Assembly (NCBI GenBank): GCA_023213395.1
Contig: CM041465.1
Location: 205,909,741-205,973,740, forward strand
Reading direction: 5' to 3'
DNA from: Cycas panzhihuaensis
Taxonomy: Eukaryota; Plantae; Cycadophyta
Length of the DNA stretch: 64,000 bases
The position numbers were made by a program, and so were the translations under genes. The notes beneath the pieces were generated by a model that ran no database searches, was not told where the DNA came from, and saw only the letters and a list, made by a program, of their open reading frames with translations. Below, piece by piece: positions 51,601 through 63,600 of this stretch (position 1 is the first letter of the stretch; every line of letters begins with the position of its first letter).

Positions 51601-53489
51601 GTCCCTTTATTGATATTGACGTTGGCCATGACTTGTGGAACTATAACTATCATGCATTTCCTTTCCTTTATAGTTTTTCCCATTGCTAAGGTAAGTTTTC
51701 TTGGAGTTATCATTAACGTCAAAATATTCATCCGTGTTCCTCTTCATTCGTACTAGTATAAAAATTCTCACTACTAGCTATTGTCAAATGTTCATCACCG
51801 TCACCCTCATAACAGTGTTCATTTGTGTTTTCACACCTATCCATATTTTCAAACTCCATATTATGATATACATCAGGGATAATTCTCATATTATAATAAT
51901 TAATACTTGGTGTATTTTTTCTATATGTTTTTTGCCACCAATGGCACACATAGGAGTTTTTATCACCACCTTTAGAGTTCAAGCCTAGCTGCAATTTTCC
52001 GTAACTATTGGGATCTTGTTCATGTGGGTTATTCATTACCATTTTTTTTTCTACAACCTTATATACTCCTTGAAATAATCCATTGGATCACTTGCGGTAA
52101 TGGAATGGTCAACTCTAGTTGTTTTGATAGATTCTCTAATAGTTTCAATGTTTGCAGGATGTCTTTCAAGGAAGTGTTGTTGAACAAATTAGCCACATCG
52201 ATTTGTGTGGTTTTGATTGCCTATGGATTCCTTACTTCAGTAGCCTCACTTTGTTTTGGAGATGTCTTTTTATACACTTGCTTCATGTTTGGTTTGGGTA
52301 GGGTAGGGCGTCTTTTATCCACTTCCTTAATTACTTCCTTTGGTGCTTTTTCCAATTGGACTAAGTGATCAATTTCCATCATAGGTTTTGGGTAATTAGA
52401 CTTATCATTCTTAGGATTAGTTGTTAATAGATTCATACGTTCGAGTGTGTTAGGCACAATCGACATAAGGTTACTTGATCACATGTTTAATGAGCAATTT
52501 TTTGAAGGGTGATTATGTCATCCACAATTTTTGCATTCATGGTTGCTATTGTCTTTGGCATTTTCATAGGGTCAATCTAACTTGCAATGTCCAAACTCCA
52601 AACAAAACATATATCTTCTTGCTAGCTTTTTCTTCTGTTGTTGGTCAAATATTGTTTTTGTTGAATATGATGACCTTACTTCTCCTTTGCCTCGAGCATT
52701 GCCTTAAGTGTTTCTCCCTTTGGGGTTATGATAACAATCCTTGGTTGTGTGAATGTTTGTGTCGCATATGTGGCACCATTTCAACTCCTCTGTTTCCCTA
52801 TTTTTAGGGTTAAGGCAACATTCCCTTATGGTGGGTTTCTATGTCATGGATGTGGCACCATTTCAACTCCTTTGTTTCCCTATTTTTAGGGTTAAGGCAA
52901 CATTCCTTAGTGTTGTGACTTTTATCCTCACAAATATGATACCATTTTGGCTTAACACATTGGGTTGTTCTCTTGCTATTGCTCCATTTATTTTTCATGG
53001 ACGACTCTTTTTTTTTTTTTCCCATAGTTTTAATCTTGTGATTTCTTCTTTGAGCTTTTTAGAATTTAAGTTTGATACCGTGTTATGATGTAATGAATAT
53101 TGCACAATGAAAGTATTATCAAGCATGTATATACAATGAATTATCTCATGAGAATGTAAACAATCATGTATGTAAGATAAACATATGAAAGAATAACACG
53201 AACATAAAGTAAATATCACAAAACATGCACCACAAGAGAGACAATAGATTTATACGTGAAAAACATAGTGTGGAAAAAAACATGGGAGAAGGTTGGATTT
53301 GGGAACTCCTCTTTAGATATCAGAATAGGTACATCTCTAGGTCTTGGACCTTTCTCAAGTTTTCAGTGGTATGTGTACATATTTATATCAATAGTCACCT
53401 CATGAGTAGCTTATTATTTCCCTAGAGCCTTTACATCATCCAATAGGAATATTTATATGGATATGTATGTATTTCACATCTATCGATGT

Positions 53490-53814
53490 TGTTAGAATAT
53501 GTGTCCATACCACTTTATGTAAAGTGGGCCTCCCTATTTTTTATGCCTAATTATATGGAGGAATATCCTCGATTGTGGTGACCTAATGGATGTAATTGTA
53601 ATTATATTTGGCACTTTAGATCTATAAATATAGATCAAAGTTCTACTTTGTAATATATCATTTTGTCATAATGTGAATATTATTCATTTGTGAGTTTTCA
53701 CTTGTAAGGGTTTCCCATGGCAATCTAGTGTTTCGTGTGATCTGCTTCTACTTGTTATCTGCCTGATGTGAAAGATCCTGTCGACCTTGTTTGCTTCAAT
53801 TGCATTTTCTAACA
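53490..53814 (+). mobile_element. Solo LTR (325 bp)
   Basis: TGTTAGAA...TTCTAACA ends, TSD GATGT/AATGT. The empty site is visible in the sister LTR near 62819-62823. Confidence 0.88.
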
Positions 53815-56204
53815 AATGTATCTAATGAGTGGGATTGTGTGTGTATTCACAACATTAACATTAAACATTACGTATGTAAATAATCACATATTCTAACATT
53901 CTCCGTTAATGTTTAATATCTTTAATTTGCAAGCCTTCAAATGATCAATCTTCATTTCCTTGGTCTTTGGTCTTCATTATCTTTATGTTTTCATATTTGC
54001 TAGATCTTGTATCCTATATTGATTTGTAAGTTATATCATGCTATAACTTGTATCATCACCTGTAACCTATAAATGTGTTAATTATCGTGTTTGTTTTTTG
54101 CAAGCAATTAACGCGTAATATCTGTAATCAACCTGTAGTCAACTATGATCATCAATGGCTAACATTGAACAACCAATTTGTAAAGCTGTAAACCAATCAT
54201 CATTCATCAACATCAACCAATATATGAAGTGTTTTTTTGAACATCTTTATATCTTTATCTATAAAACTGCTGTAAAATATCATCTATCAACTAGTCATCA
54301 TATAAATAAAAAATAATCACTGATGTTCATACAAGGTAAGAACCATCTACCGAAATACATGGGTAACCAACCGCTATGATTGCTAATTTTGTAGGATGTG
54401 TTTCTTGTACGTGGTTTATCAGTAAACAAGAGTATCATAAAATATCCCGTCTCTTGCATACAAGATTAACAATGCAATCTAGGTGTTGTACAAGAGTAGC
54501 GTCATTCATCTTGCTTCTTGCGTAGGAGCAAATATCTTATGTGTTGTTTCCATCAGTGCTTCTATGTGCTTGTAGCTTTCTTTTGACAACCATTAATAAA
54601 AACTCATCATCATATCAATAATCATCAAAATGTATTAACTCCAGTAACAGGATAAACTACCTAGCCAAGACAAGTTACATGTAACAAGGTAACATAAATA
54701 GTGTGTTTCCGTGCTTCTTGTCATATGTGACTAGTCAGATTTCTCGCTGACAAATGCCTATCTTCTATCAGTTGGATAATCTCAATAGGTGAATTTGATG
54801 TGCTAAGTAATCAATGTATAAGACTTCTTCATGTCTCATAAATAGGTGGAAAATTCTCATCGACAGCTTATCTCTCCATCAAACAATCAATCTAGGCCCT
54901 TTATCAAATATCGGGTGGTGTTATCATTATCAAACATGTGTCATTATTCATTCATTCAAAAAACATGTGTCCAAACTAAGTGATCATTGACATTTGGTAA
55001 GTGACCACAGTTCCACTAAACCAAATGTGTAAATTCCAAAGGGGATTTTCGTGTTCAACATATGTCAAAATATTCCTACATCAGTATCATGTCAAATATA
55101 TCCCACCTTGTAAAATTTTCATCTATTAGGAGCCTTCAAATGTTATAAATGAGTTTTAAATGTCTTGATTTTAAACCAAACTTGCTTTTTCATTCTTCAT
55201 CAACCAACAATAATATCATCAACATATCCAGAGCCTTTGAAAATATTAGAATATGCAAAAATTATTTTGAAAAAAGTCATAAAATGCATCTTTTATGAGG
55301 TTAAAAGCATTTTGATCAACTTTACCAATTGATATCTCTATCATCTAATTTTTGAAATATGCCTTGCAACCACTCGTTTCAACTGTTGCAAAATTCTCTT
55401 TCCAACACAACTTATGGGATAGAAAACAAATACTCTAGTGAAAAGTTATGCTAAAGAATGTGCCAATATATCTTGAAAAGTATGCGATCCTTAAGAAAAA
55501 TCATTAAGCCTTTTATTGGCTGGTCGCTAGTTGCATTGATTCTCTATGTGATTGTTTGTTGAAGGTCTAGGGGACTTTGCAAAATCCAAATTTTATAAAA
55601 AATAACTTAATCCAATTTTGCAATTGCAAAAAAATTTAAATACGGTTTATAAGAAGCTCCCATGCATAGATCTGAAAAACTATAAAAAACAATTAAATTT
55701 ATAAATCAAAATGCAAATATTTTTATTGTGAAAAAAACTCTTTTCCGTGCGTTTGAACCACCATATTGAATTTCTTGCAAAGGCGGTTTTTTTACTGCAT
55801 GCACGAACTCTAAATCATTCAGACATCATTCTTGGCTATGGCGTGATGGAATCTTCTATTGATTCATCTATGTTTCCTGTCTTCGTGGTGATTATGTGGT
55901 TTTTCACAGCTTAGATATGGCGTGTGAGTAGGAGGGCGATACTGGCATAGTGATCATTCCATACTAAATACATGGTAGAGATTATTAGCCCCATCAATGG
56001 CTCATAGATGTAGGTTTTTCCACGGCACATGGATGAGGATGATAGGAGGGTGTATGGCTAGAGCAGGTTGTTCATGGGATTACAGAGGGCGTAGACCATG
56101 TCTTCAGGGCGTAACTGAGTTTACAGAGGGTGCATACAAACGTCGATGAAAATTGGATGAATCACAATCACAGGGCGCTCTAGATCACTTACACACAAGA
56201 TGGG

Positions 56205-56760
56205 GTAGAATCCATGGCAGTAGGGCCATAAAACTGAATGGGGCCTAGACTAATATATTTATTCTCCAAAGCCCACTCTTCCCACATTGAAATAAACTTC
56301 TTGAATGATGCTTCAATTAGATCTACCATTGCTTTCTTGATAACTGATTTAAATTTGCCTTTTAATCTCTGAAAATTCATAAGCTTTGTAAGAGTAGTTC
56401 CACCAACCATCCAATCCTTCATTGGTGTAGCAAGATTACCGACCAAAATTATAAGGCCAGTGTATCCAGAATATAGTAATACTCCTGCTACATATTCAAG
56501 AGCATAGTAGTAGGTTGCATCAAAATTTGTGGTAAAAAATAAAAAACCTCTAGAGATTAATGTTGCATGTCAGTTGACCATGCATCAGTTATTACATTCC
56601 CTATCATTTCTGTATGTATCTTACAAGATTTGTCAAATTGAAAACTCACTGGAATCTCCTTGTTTTTGAGATTGCCATATATCATGCTCATATATTTATT
56701 CAATTGCTTAAATATGCCCTTTATAATAATGACGCCCTTATAAATATCACATCTCATTTC
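56205..56760 (-). pseudogene. PFP-BETA: Captured, internally deleted fragments of pyrophosphate-dependent phosphofructokinase beta subunit
   Basis: GNLKNKEIPVSFQFDKSCKIHTEMIGNVITDAWST resembles GDLKCKEVPTSFGFDTACKIYSEMIGNVMIDARST. TNFDATYYYALEYVAGVLL..VGNLATPMKDWMVGGT..GKFKSVIKKAMV..EEWALENKYISLGPIQF matches the plant PFP-beta C-terminus. Confidence 0.88.
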
Positions 56761-57344
56761 ATGCCATCATAATATAATCAAATTATATAGTCACTCTTTA
56801 TAACCACATACTTCTTCATGTACATGTGCATCAACATAATTGTTTTATTTGTTATCACAAACTTCATATCTGCTAATTTTGGTTGCTCATCATACCATAC
56901 AAGCTTACTACCTGTTTCACTTTCAATGATGGGATGTTAGAGTATAATGTTTAATGTTGTATGTGTAAGTAAAGTGTGTCTTAGGGTCTAAGAGTCATTT
57001 ATTATTATAATATTATGTGGGAAGATAGAAGCTTATTGGTAGTTAGTTGGTGTAATGTCATTGGCTAGGTTAGAGGTAATTGTCCCACATGCATTATATC
57101 TCTTGTATGTTCTCCCACCTATTTCATATATAAAGGTGGTTGAGGTAGTGTATCGAATGAAGTCATTATTAAGACTCATGTTGAGTCTATGATGCATGAA
57201 TGTTTCGATGTTATCTTATTTGTTTTATGTTAATACAAGCTTTGTTTTGCTCATTGATGTTGTTGGATATTGTTGTTAATGAATGCTTTCCATGTTAAAA
57301 TCTAACATGGTATCAGAGCAGGCCATCCTATTGTAAGAAGAAGA

Positions 57345-58788
57345 TTGAGCAAGGAGAGGTCCAGTAAAGCATAAAGCATTCAAGCAAGGAGGTGGCTCTA
57401 TTAAGTCATTACTAGATTGGAGATCGAATTGGAAGAAATGTTTCAAGGCCTTGCTATGAAGTGTGTCAGGTAACATCACTCCTTTATTGTGTTATGTGAA
57501 GTAGCCATATGTTAGGATTTATCTTGAGGTTGAGGCCAGCATGTATGGAGAAACAATGACATTTGAAGTTGTCTAAGGAATTGATGTTTGGAGGCTATTC
57601 GATGGATCCGTGTTTTGGCTACTATGGCATGTCTATAGAAATCAGCTTGCCAATGTTTATTTTGGATTTGGTGAAACCCTAGCTCTAGGCCTGTTACAAG
57701 TTAAGTGTTGGGTGAAGAAAGTTTTGGCCTTGTTAGCATTGTGTAGAAAGATTTATGGTCATGAAAAAGGCATCCAGCCACCTATTCATCACCAAAGAAA
57801 AACTTGAGGGGGCTATTTGCGTAGGGAGAACCCACCTGTACGGTTGAAGTCTACTACGAAGAAAGTGATGAAGGCACATAAATGAGCAACTGTTGTAACT
57901 AATGAAAAAGTAGAAATCTACATTATGTCCATGATATCCATTCCTGTGAAGACCACCAGGCGACCCATTTCCTACATAGACGTCGTGCCTCCATCTAAGC
58001 TCCTCGACCTTGTATAGACGTCGTTGTATAAAATCTACACTCGTGTGAAGGAAGAAAATCTCAGATCTGCGAAATGAAAGCACCCCACCATGGAAGAATA
58101 CATAGCTGAGAATATCTTATCCTGCCATATGTGGAGAAAGGAATGACTGAGGAAGCCACCTGCAACTGAGAGCAAATTCATGGGGTTCATAGCTATCTTG
58201 GGAATTGAAGAACGTGAAGCACCTCGATACTCATACTTATGGCGACTTCCACTACAATAAACTTCCTCGATGATTATTTGTACGCCTACTCCATCCCTGC
58301 TCTGTGAGATCGAGCGAAGCTCCTTAGTGGGGCATCCTCTCTACAACTCATCTACTTTGCCTTGCCCCCGATTCCCACTGCTATTGCTTGTAGCATATTT
58401 GCAGATCGGAAGCTGCCCTGAGCCAACCAAATTACGCTTGGATCCTTGTCTTCAAATTTCTACTCAGTCATTCCACGAGCATTAATCCAGGTACTCAAAG
58501 CCCCTTTCATCAACGTACTTTCAAATCATAGATGATGCTGTTGTCGAGTGAGGATGTGATCAAGCAGACGATGATTGAGTTTCGTTGATAGATGTATATG
58601 CAAGAGGTGATGTATTCGAGACTGTCAGATCACAAAGATGCACGGGAAATATGTACGTTCAAACAAGCTTTGATGATAGTAGTATGCCATTTCGGGGTTT
58701 CTTTATAGTTCAGAGAGCATTTGGCGAATTGTTAATGGGAGAGATATACTCGTTCTAGACATACAACAAGGTGTAGAGGTGTTGGTCC
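57345..58788. other. Patchwork of non-TE blocks, tentatively conserved alternative-exon/intron regions of SR-type splicing-factor genes (RS2Z, SCL, RS, one uncertain)
   Basis: More GC- and CpG-rich than its flanks, no TE motifs, with 3'-splice-site-like motifs, and fused directly to the U2AF65 fragment. Gene assignments rest on recall only. Confidence 0.55.
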
Positions 58789-59385
58789 CTCAAATATTAA
58801 TCCATCAAGATCCATTGTGTTGCTAGCCTTCTCAACCGTTTGCATTTCCATAAAAGCAAACTACTTTTCATGATTAATGTACACATTCACAACAACATCT
58901 CCTGGGCTAGCAGTATTTTCACCAATGGTAGCCATCACTTGGCTAAAAAATGTCGCAATAGTCTTGGGTTACACAGAATAGCAATATGATCAGAGGTTGA
59001 ACTACTGTCTGTGGAATTCATTACCAAAGAGCTCTGCACATTATCAAAAACTGCTCATTTGCTAATGGCGGTAAGCCCCCAACATAAACTCTTCGTGCAT
59101 GCCTTGTTGCCCATTGAATCATAGCTTGCAATGGCATATTCGAAACTCCAAACTGTGCATTACCAAATGGTGCCATTAGGAATACTCCAGGAATCAGTTG
59201 AGAAACTCCAGGAATTAAACCTGCTGGGCCTCCAACACTTGCAGCTATAGTTGCACTTGGTGGAGCCATGTGAAAACCAGATGCACGCTTTCTTCTTGTA
59301 TCCCTTGAAGGAGATCTAGAGGAACAACGTCAACGTGAATAACTCCCTGAACTTGTGTCTGTGCCGTCCTTCACGATCTCAAAGA
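58786..59385 (-). pseudogene. U2AF65: Processed fragment of splicing factor U2AF large subunit (RS-domain end, ULM region, RRM1) with an 88-bp insert
   Basis: RRKRASGFHMAPP...AMIQWATRHARRVYVGGLPPLANEQ [insert 58963-59050] TIATFFSQVMATIGENTASPGDVVVNVYINHEK*FAFMEMQTVEKASNTMDLDGLIFEG, matching plant U2AF65 RRM1. Confidence 0.93.
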
Positions 59386-59843
59386 ATTTTCCACCGCCTC
59401 GAATGGGAGACTCGAAGAAAAAATTGCCACCGCCACGCAGACTAGAAGTTAGGGTTTGATGTTATTGAAAATTTTTGTTGGATCCGCAGATATGATTGAG
59501 TTGTTTTTTTTAATTAAATTATATTGAAATGCAGTTTGAAATCCGTTAAGTGTTTGGTCATACGGAGCTTTGATATGATTAGTCGATAACACACTAAAGG
59601 GACTAAACTCTTATCAAGGTTAAGTTATTATTCAAAAAGCGGTATTTGTACGTTTTCTTTCATATCTCTCCATTCAAACATTCGTTTTCCAGTCCGTTTG
59701 AGACATTAGAACTGTATTTCAGAGGCATACATTTTGGCATGTGATTTGAGAGATTTATCTGCTGATTTGACAGTCCTTTTTTCATGTTAAAGTAGATGTA
59801 TGAATTTAGCTTAATACACTTTTGACCATCTCATTCATACACC

Positions 59844-60683
59844 ATGGAGTTAAGTGAGGTCATTACCTTTGTAGCAGAGAAAAAGGAGTTTTGGATAACA
59901 AACACCAACATTACTTTGCCTAAATATGTTGGAGTTAACTTTCGAATATGGAAGATTAAAATGGAATGTGTTTCTAGAATAAAAGGATTATGGAACATTG
60001 TGCTTGGAAGAGTTTCATTTAATGAAGAAGGGGAGGTAACCTTAAAAAAGAAAAATAGGGTAGCCATTGATGCAATGGTTGCATCTTTCAACAAGGAGAA
60101 CCTTCATCCTTCATACCACTTCTTTGCCCAAACTCTTCAAAATACTGACTCAGCTGAAGACGCTTGGAATCTGCTAGCAGAAGTACATAAAAAGGGTCTT
60201 GAAGAAGTACAGAAAGGCATTAGAAGGACAAGGAACCAAAGGAATAAGTTGAAGAGGAAAGCAAAAAATCAACATGATTCCAGTAAGATCAATCCACACA
60301 TAGACTCAATAAATGAAAGGTTGGAATCTAATGAAGACAATGAAGACTTGGGTTCACCAAATGTTTTGAACCTCACCAAAATGACAGGAAAGTCCAAAAG
60401 AGCAAATGTTGAAGAATCTAAACCTCAATCTTCGCAGGTAATACTTCATGGAGACACATGCACTCTGACAGAAAGTATGGCCAATATTATCCTACTTTGT
60501 GTTGATAGATTTGTAGCCAGGATTCAATTGATGTCAGGACATACAAGGATATGCACATATTGGAGACTATCTATGATTACACTCAACTCAGTCACATCTT
60601 CTATTTTTATCTTTAAAAGAAACAAAATTATGACAGCATATCCTACAACAACTCTAGAAAGTTCTTTTAAAGAAAGAACATAG
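59844..60683 (+). CDS. Copia-type Gag N-terminal (UBN2/DUF4219-like) ORF, possibly frameshifted at its 3' end
   Basis: 279-aa ORF with GVNFRIWKIKME..KGLWNIV..SAEDAWNLL, typical of Copia Gag. Confidence 0.75.
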   Translation: MELSEVITFVAEKKEFWITNTNITLPKYVGVNFRIWKIKMECVSRIKGLWNIVLGRVSFNEEGEVTLKKKNRVAIDAMVASFNKENLHPSYHFFAQTLQNTDSAEDAWNLLAEVHKKGLEEVQKGIRRTRNQRNKLKRKAKNQHDSSKINPHIDSINERLESNEDNEDLGSPNVLNLTKMTGKSKRANVEESKPQSSQVILHGDTCTLTESMANIILLCVDRFVARIQLMSGHTRICTYWRLSMITLNSVTSSIFIFKRNKIMTAYPTTTLESSFKERT

Positions 60684-63600
60684 GCAAAATCCTATATAAT
60701 CAAAATATTGTCTATCGAGATCATAGTATGTTTTGGATAGGCTACTTAATCATGAGATTCAATCATGTTAAAGTAATTTTCCATCTTTGTATAGCCTTAA
60801 TCGGGAAATGTGTGCATGTAGTCATTATGGAAATTCTCATCATACTTGGTACAAAGAATTTTTTCAGTAATATGGAGAAAACAAGAAATCTTGCTAGTTC
60901 TGCACATGTATCTGAATAGGTGAAGTTAGGAAAGGGATCACCGTTGCTCCTTTTCTTTCAAGGAGATGATCATTGGCTCGAGAAGTCAGTCATTCTAGTA
61001 GACTTGAAGATAAATAAGGAGGAGTCTAGTCGCTTTATGAAGTTGAAATCACATATAATCATGTTTGATCCAGGAAGACCACACCTTCACCGGGAACACA
61101 TAGGAAGATTCGTCAAGCAGGAAACAGGAGGCAACATCGCAGACAAGACATACAGGTTTTATAACGTTTTGGTTGAAGACAAAGCTTATGACATCGTCTT
61201 CAGAAAAATTCCAAGAATTAGGAAATGGAAGTTCAAACAACACTTTAAAGTCAAGTCAAGTCCTATGTCAGTTTGTGTCAGTCTTGTTAGGTTGTCCTTA
61301 GTTATTGTAGTCTTAACATTAAACATTAAGGGGAGGTGCTAGAGTATAATGCTTAATGTTGTATGTGTCTAAGTAAAGTGTGTCTTAGGGTCTAAGAGTC
61401 ATTTATTATTATAATATTATGTGGGAAGATAGAAGCTTATTGGTAGTTAGTTGGTGTAATGTCATTGGCTAGGTCAAAGGTAATTGTCCCACATGCATTA
61501 TATCTCTTGTATGTTCTCCTACCTATTTCATATATAAAGGTGGTTGAGGTAGTGTATGGAATGAAGTCATTATTAAGACTCATGTTGAGTCTATGATGCA
61601 TGAATGTTATGATATTATCTTATTTGTATTATGTTAATACAAGCTTTGTTTTGTTTATTGATGTTGTTGGATATTGTTGTTGATGAATGCTTTCCATGTT
61701 AAAATCTAACATGGGATACTGATTTCTGGTAGCAAATCTCAGTCATGAGACACTTGCAAAAGCTTTCAGAATGGTTCATAAGCGACAACGAATCTCAACT
61801 TCAAGAGCAGAACACTCACAAATGCCTTGACTAATGAATTGAAATATCTTCACTGATAAAATACTGACTGTCATCATATTTGAATATATTTGGGTTGCTA
61901 TTAATTGTGAGATTTGGTGAGGTGTCTAGTCTCACAAAATCTCAGTCACTTCTACAAGTAGACAACCTGTATGGGTGAGCACGACACAACTGGCAACAAT
62001 ATCTTCCTTTTTGATCCATCCTCATTCGAACTTCTTCTTCAAACACCTACATGTCCTAGTATATGGCGCCAATATGCTAAATATATGTTCACAATAAATA
62101 AACTAACATACCATCAGTTTTTTGCTATATCATGCTACTTTGTCTCATCTGTATGCGACTATATCACTTTCATCTTGTCCGAGAGTCACAGTCATATGTC
62201 ATTGGAATAACTAGCATATTTAGATTTCTGGCTCATCAAATACACCTCATAACTGGCTCTTATACTGACTCATATACTAGCTTTGTAACTGGCATATGGA
62301 CTCATGTATTGGCTCAATAATCGACTTTGTATAGGCTTCAACCTATTCGTGCAAGATCTTTCACAACATCGCTCTGATACCATGTTAGAATTTAGAATTC
62401 AAGTTTGACACCTTGTTATAATATAATAAATATTGCACAACGAAAGTATATCAGGCACATATATACAATGAGTTATCTCATGAGAAATGTACACAATCAT
62501 GTATGTAAGATAAATATATGAAATAATAACATGAACATAAACTAAATATTAGCAAGCATGCACCACAAGAGAGACAACAAATTTATACGTGGAATATTCA
62601 ATGTAAAAGAAACCATGTATGAAGGTTGGAGTTGGGAGCTCCTCTTGAGATATCAAAATAAGTGCATCTCCAAGTCTTGGACCTTTCTCAAGTTCACAAG
62701 TTGTGTGTGAATTTATTCATATCAATAGTCACCTCATGAGTAGCCTATTATTTCTCTAGAGCCTTTACATCATCCAAAAGGAATATTTACATGAATGTGT
62801 GTGCATTTCATATCTATCAATGTATTTGATGAGTGGGATTGTGTGTGTATTCACAGCCTTAATATTAAACATTACATATGTGAATAATCACATATTCAAG
62901 ATTCTTAACTTTTAAGGTTTCTTCTTTCATCATAGTTTTGCATGCCTTCTTTGCTCTTAATTCTTTAGTTTCTTCATGTAACATCCTCAACACATTATCT
63001 TGTGTGCTCAATTCCTTTGAGTCTAGCTCTTTTTCAAATCTAATAGCTATTTTTTTTTGTTTTTACAAATGATTTATTAGGTTGTTGATTCAATGGATTC
63101 CTTAATTGAGGTTTCAACCCATTCACAATGTAACTTTTTAACAAAAAATCAAGTATCTTCTCCCCACTAATAATATTGGCTACTATAATGGACATATGAC
63201 TTGTGTAGTCTAATACTGATTCCCGTAGCCATTGCTTAAGATTCCCTAGTGCTTGCAAGAGAACCTCATTGCTCTATAACTTTTGAATCTCACTTGAAAA
63301 GAATCATAGATTTTTTGCCAAGTTTTTATAGCTACATTTGCTTCTTTATACCACACCAACAACACTCCCCTTAGTGTGCAAATGAATCTCTCTTTAACAT
63401 CCTTCTCATTAGTAATGTTTCTTACGTCATTCATGTTGTTAAATAGGTACATATACTTTATTGCATATGTAGCCCCATCAAATTTGAGATGGTTTAATGC
63501 ACTTTCGTTATGACAATGAGGTGACACCATTTTGGGAGGTGTCCTTGGTGTCAATACTCTTCCCCTTGTTGTGTTAACTTTGGTTGATAACCCTTCCTTT

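Larger units (their letters stand above)
56935..61711 (+). mobile_element. Comparatively young gag-only (TR-GAG-like) LTR element carrying captured splicing-factor sequences
   Basis: LTRs at 56935-57307 and 61337-61711 (about 13 substitutions plus one 2-bp indel by hand count), perfect TSD TGGGA. PBS TGGTATCAGAGC at 57308-57319; PPT ATTAAGGGGAGG at 61325-61336. Confidence 0.95.
53058..62898 (-). mobile_element. Non-autonomous LTR element (LARD-like, ~515-bp LTRs) carrying PFP-beta fragments
   Basis: LTRs at ~53058-53898 (with a nested solo LTR) and 62383-~62898. PBS GCTCTGATACCA at 62371-62382; PPT-like sequence next to 53899. Probable TSD AGCTT/AGATT. No pol domains seen. Confidence 0.82.

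Noticed and set aside
59021-59269. Functional host U2AF65 gene
   Set aside because: Partial, contains stops, lacks RRM2/UHM and introns, and lies inside a TSD-flanked LTR element.
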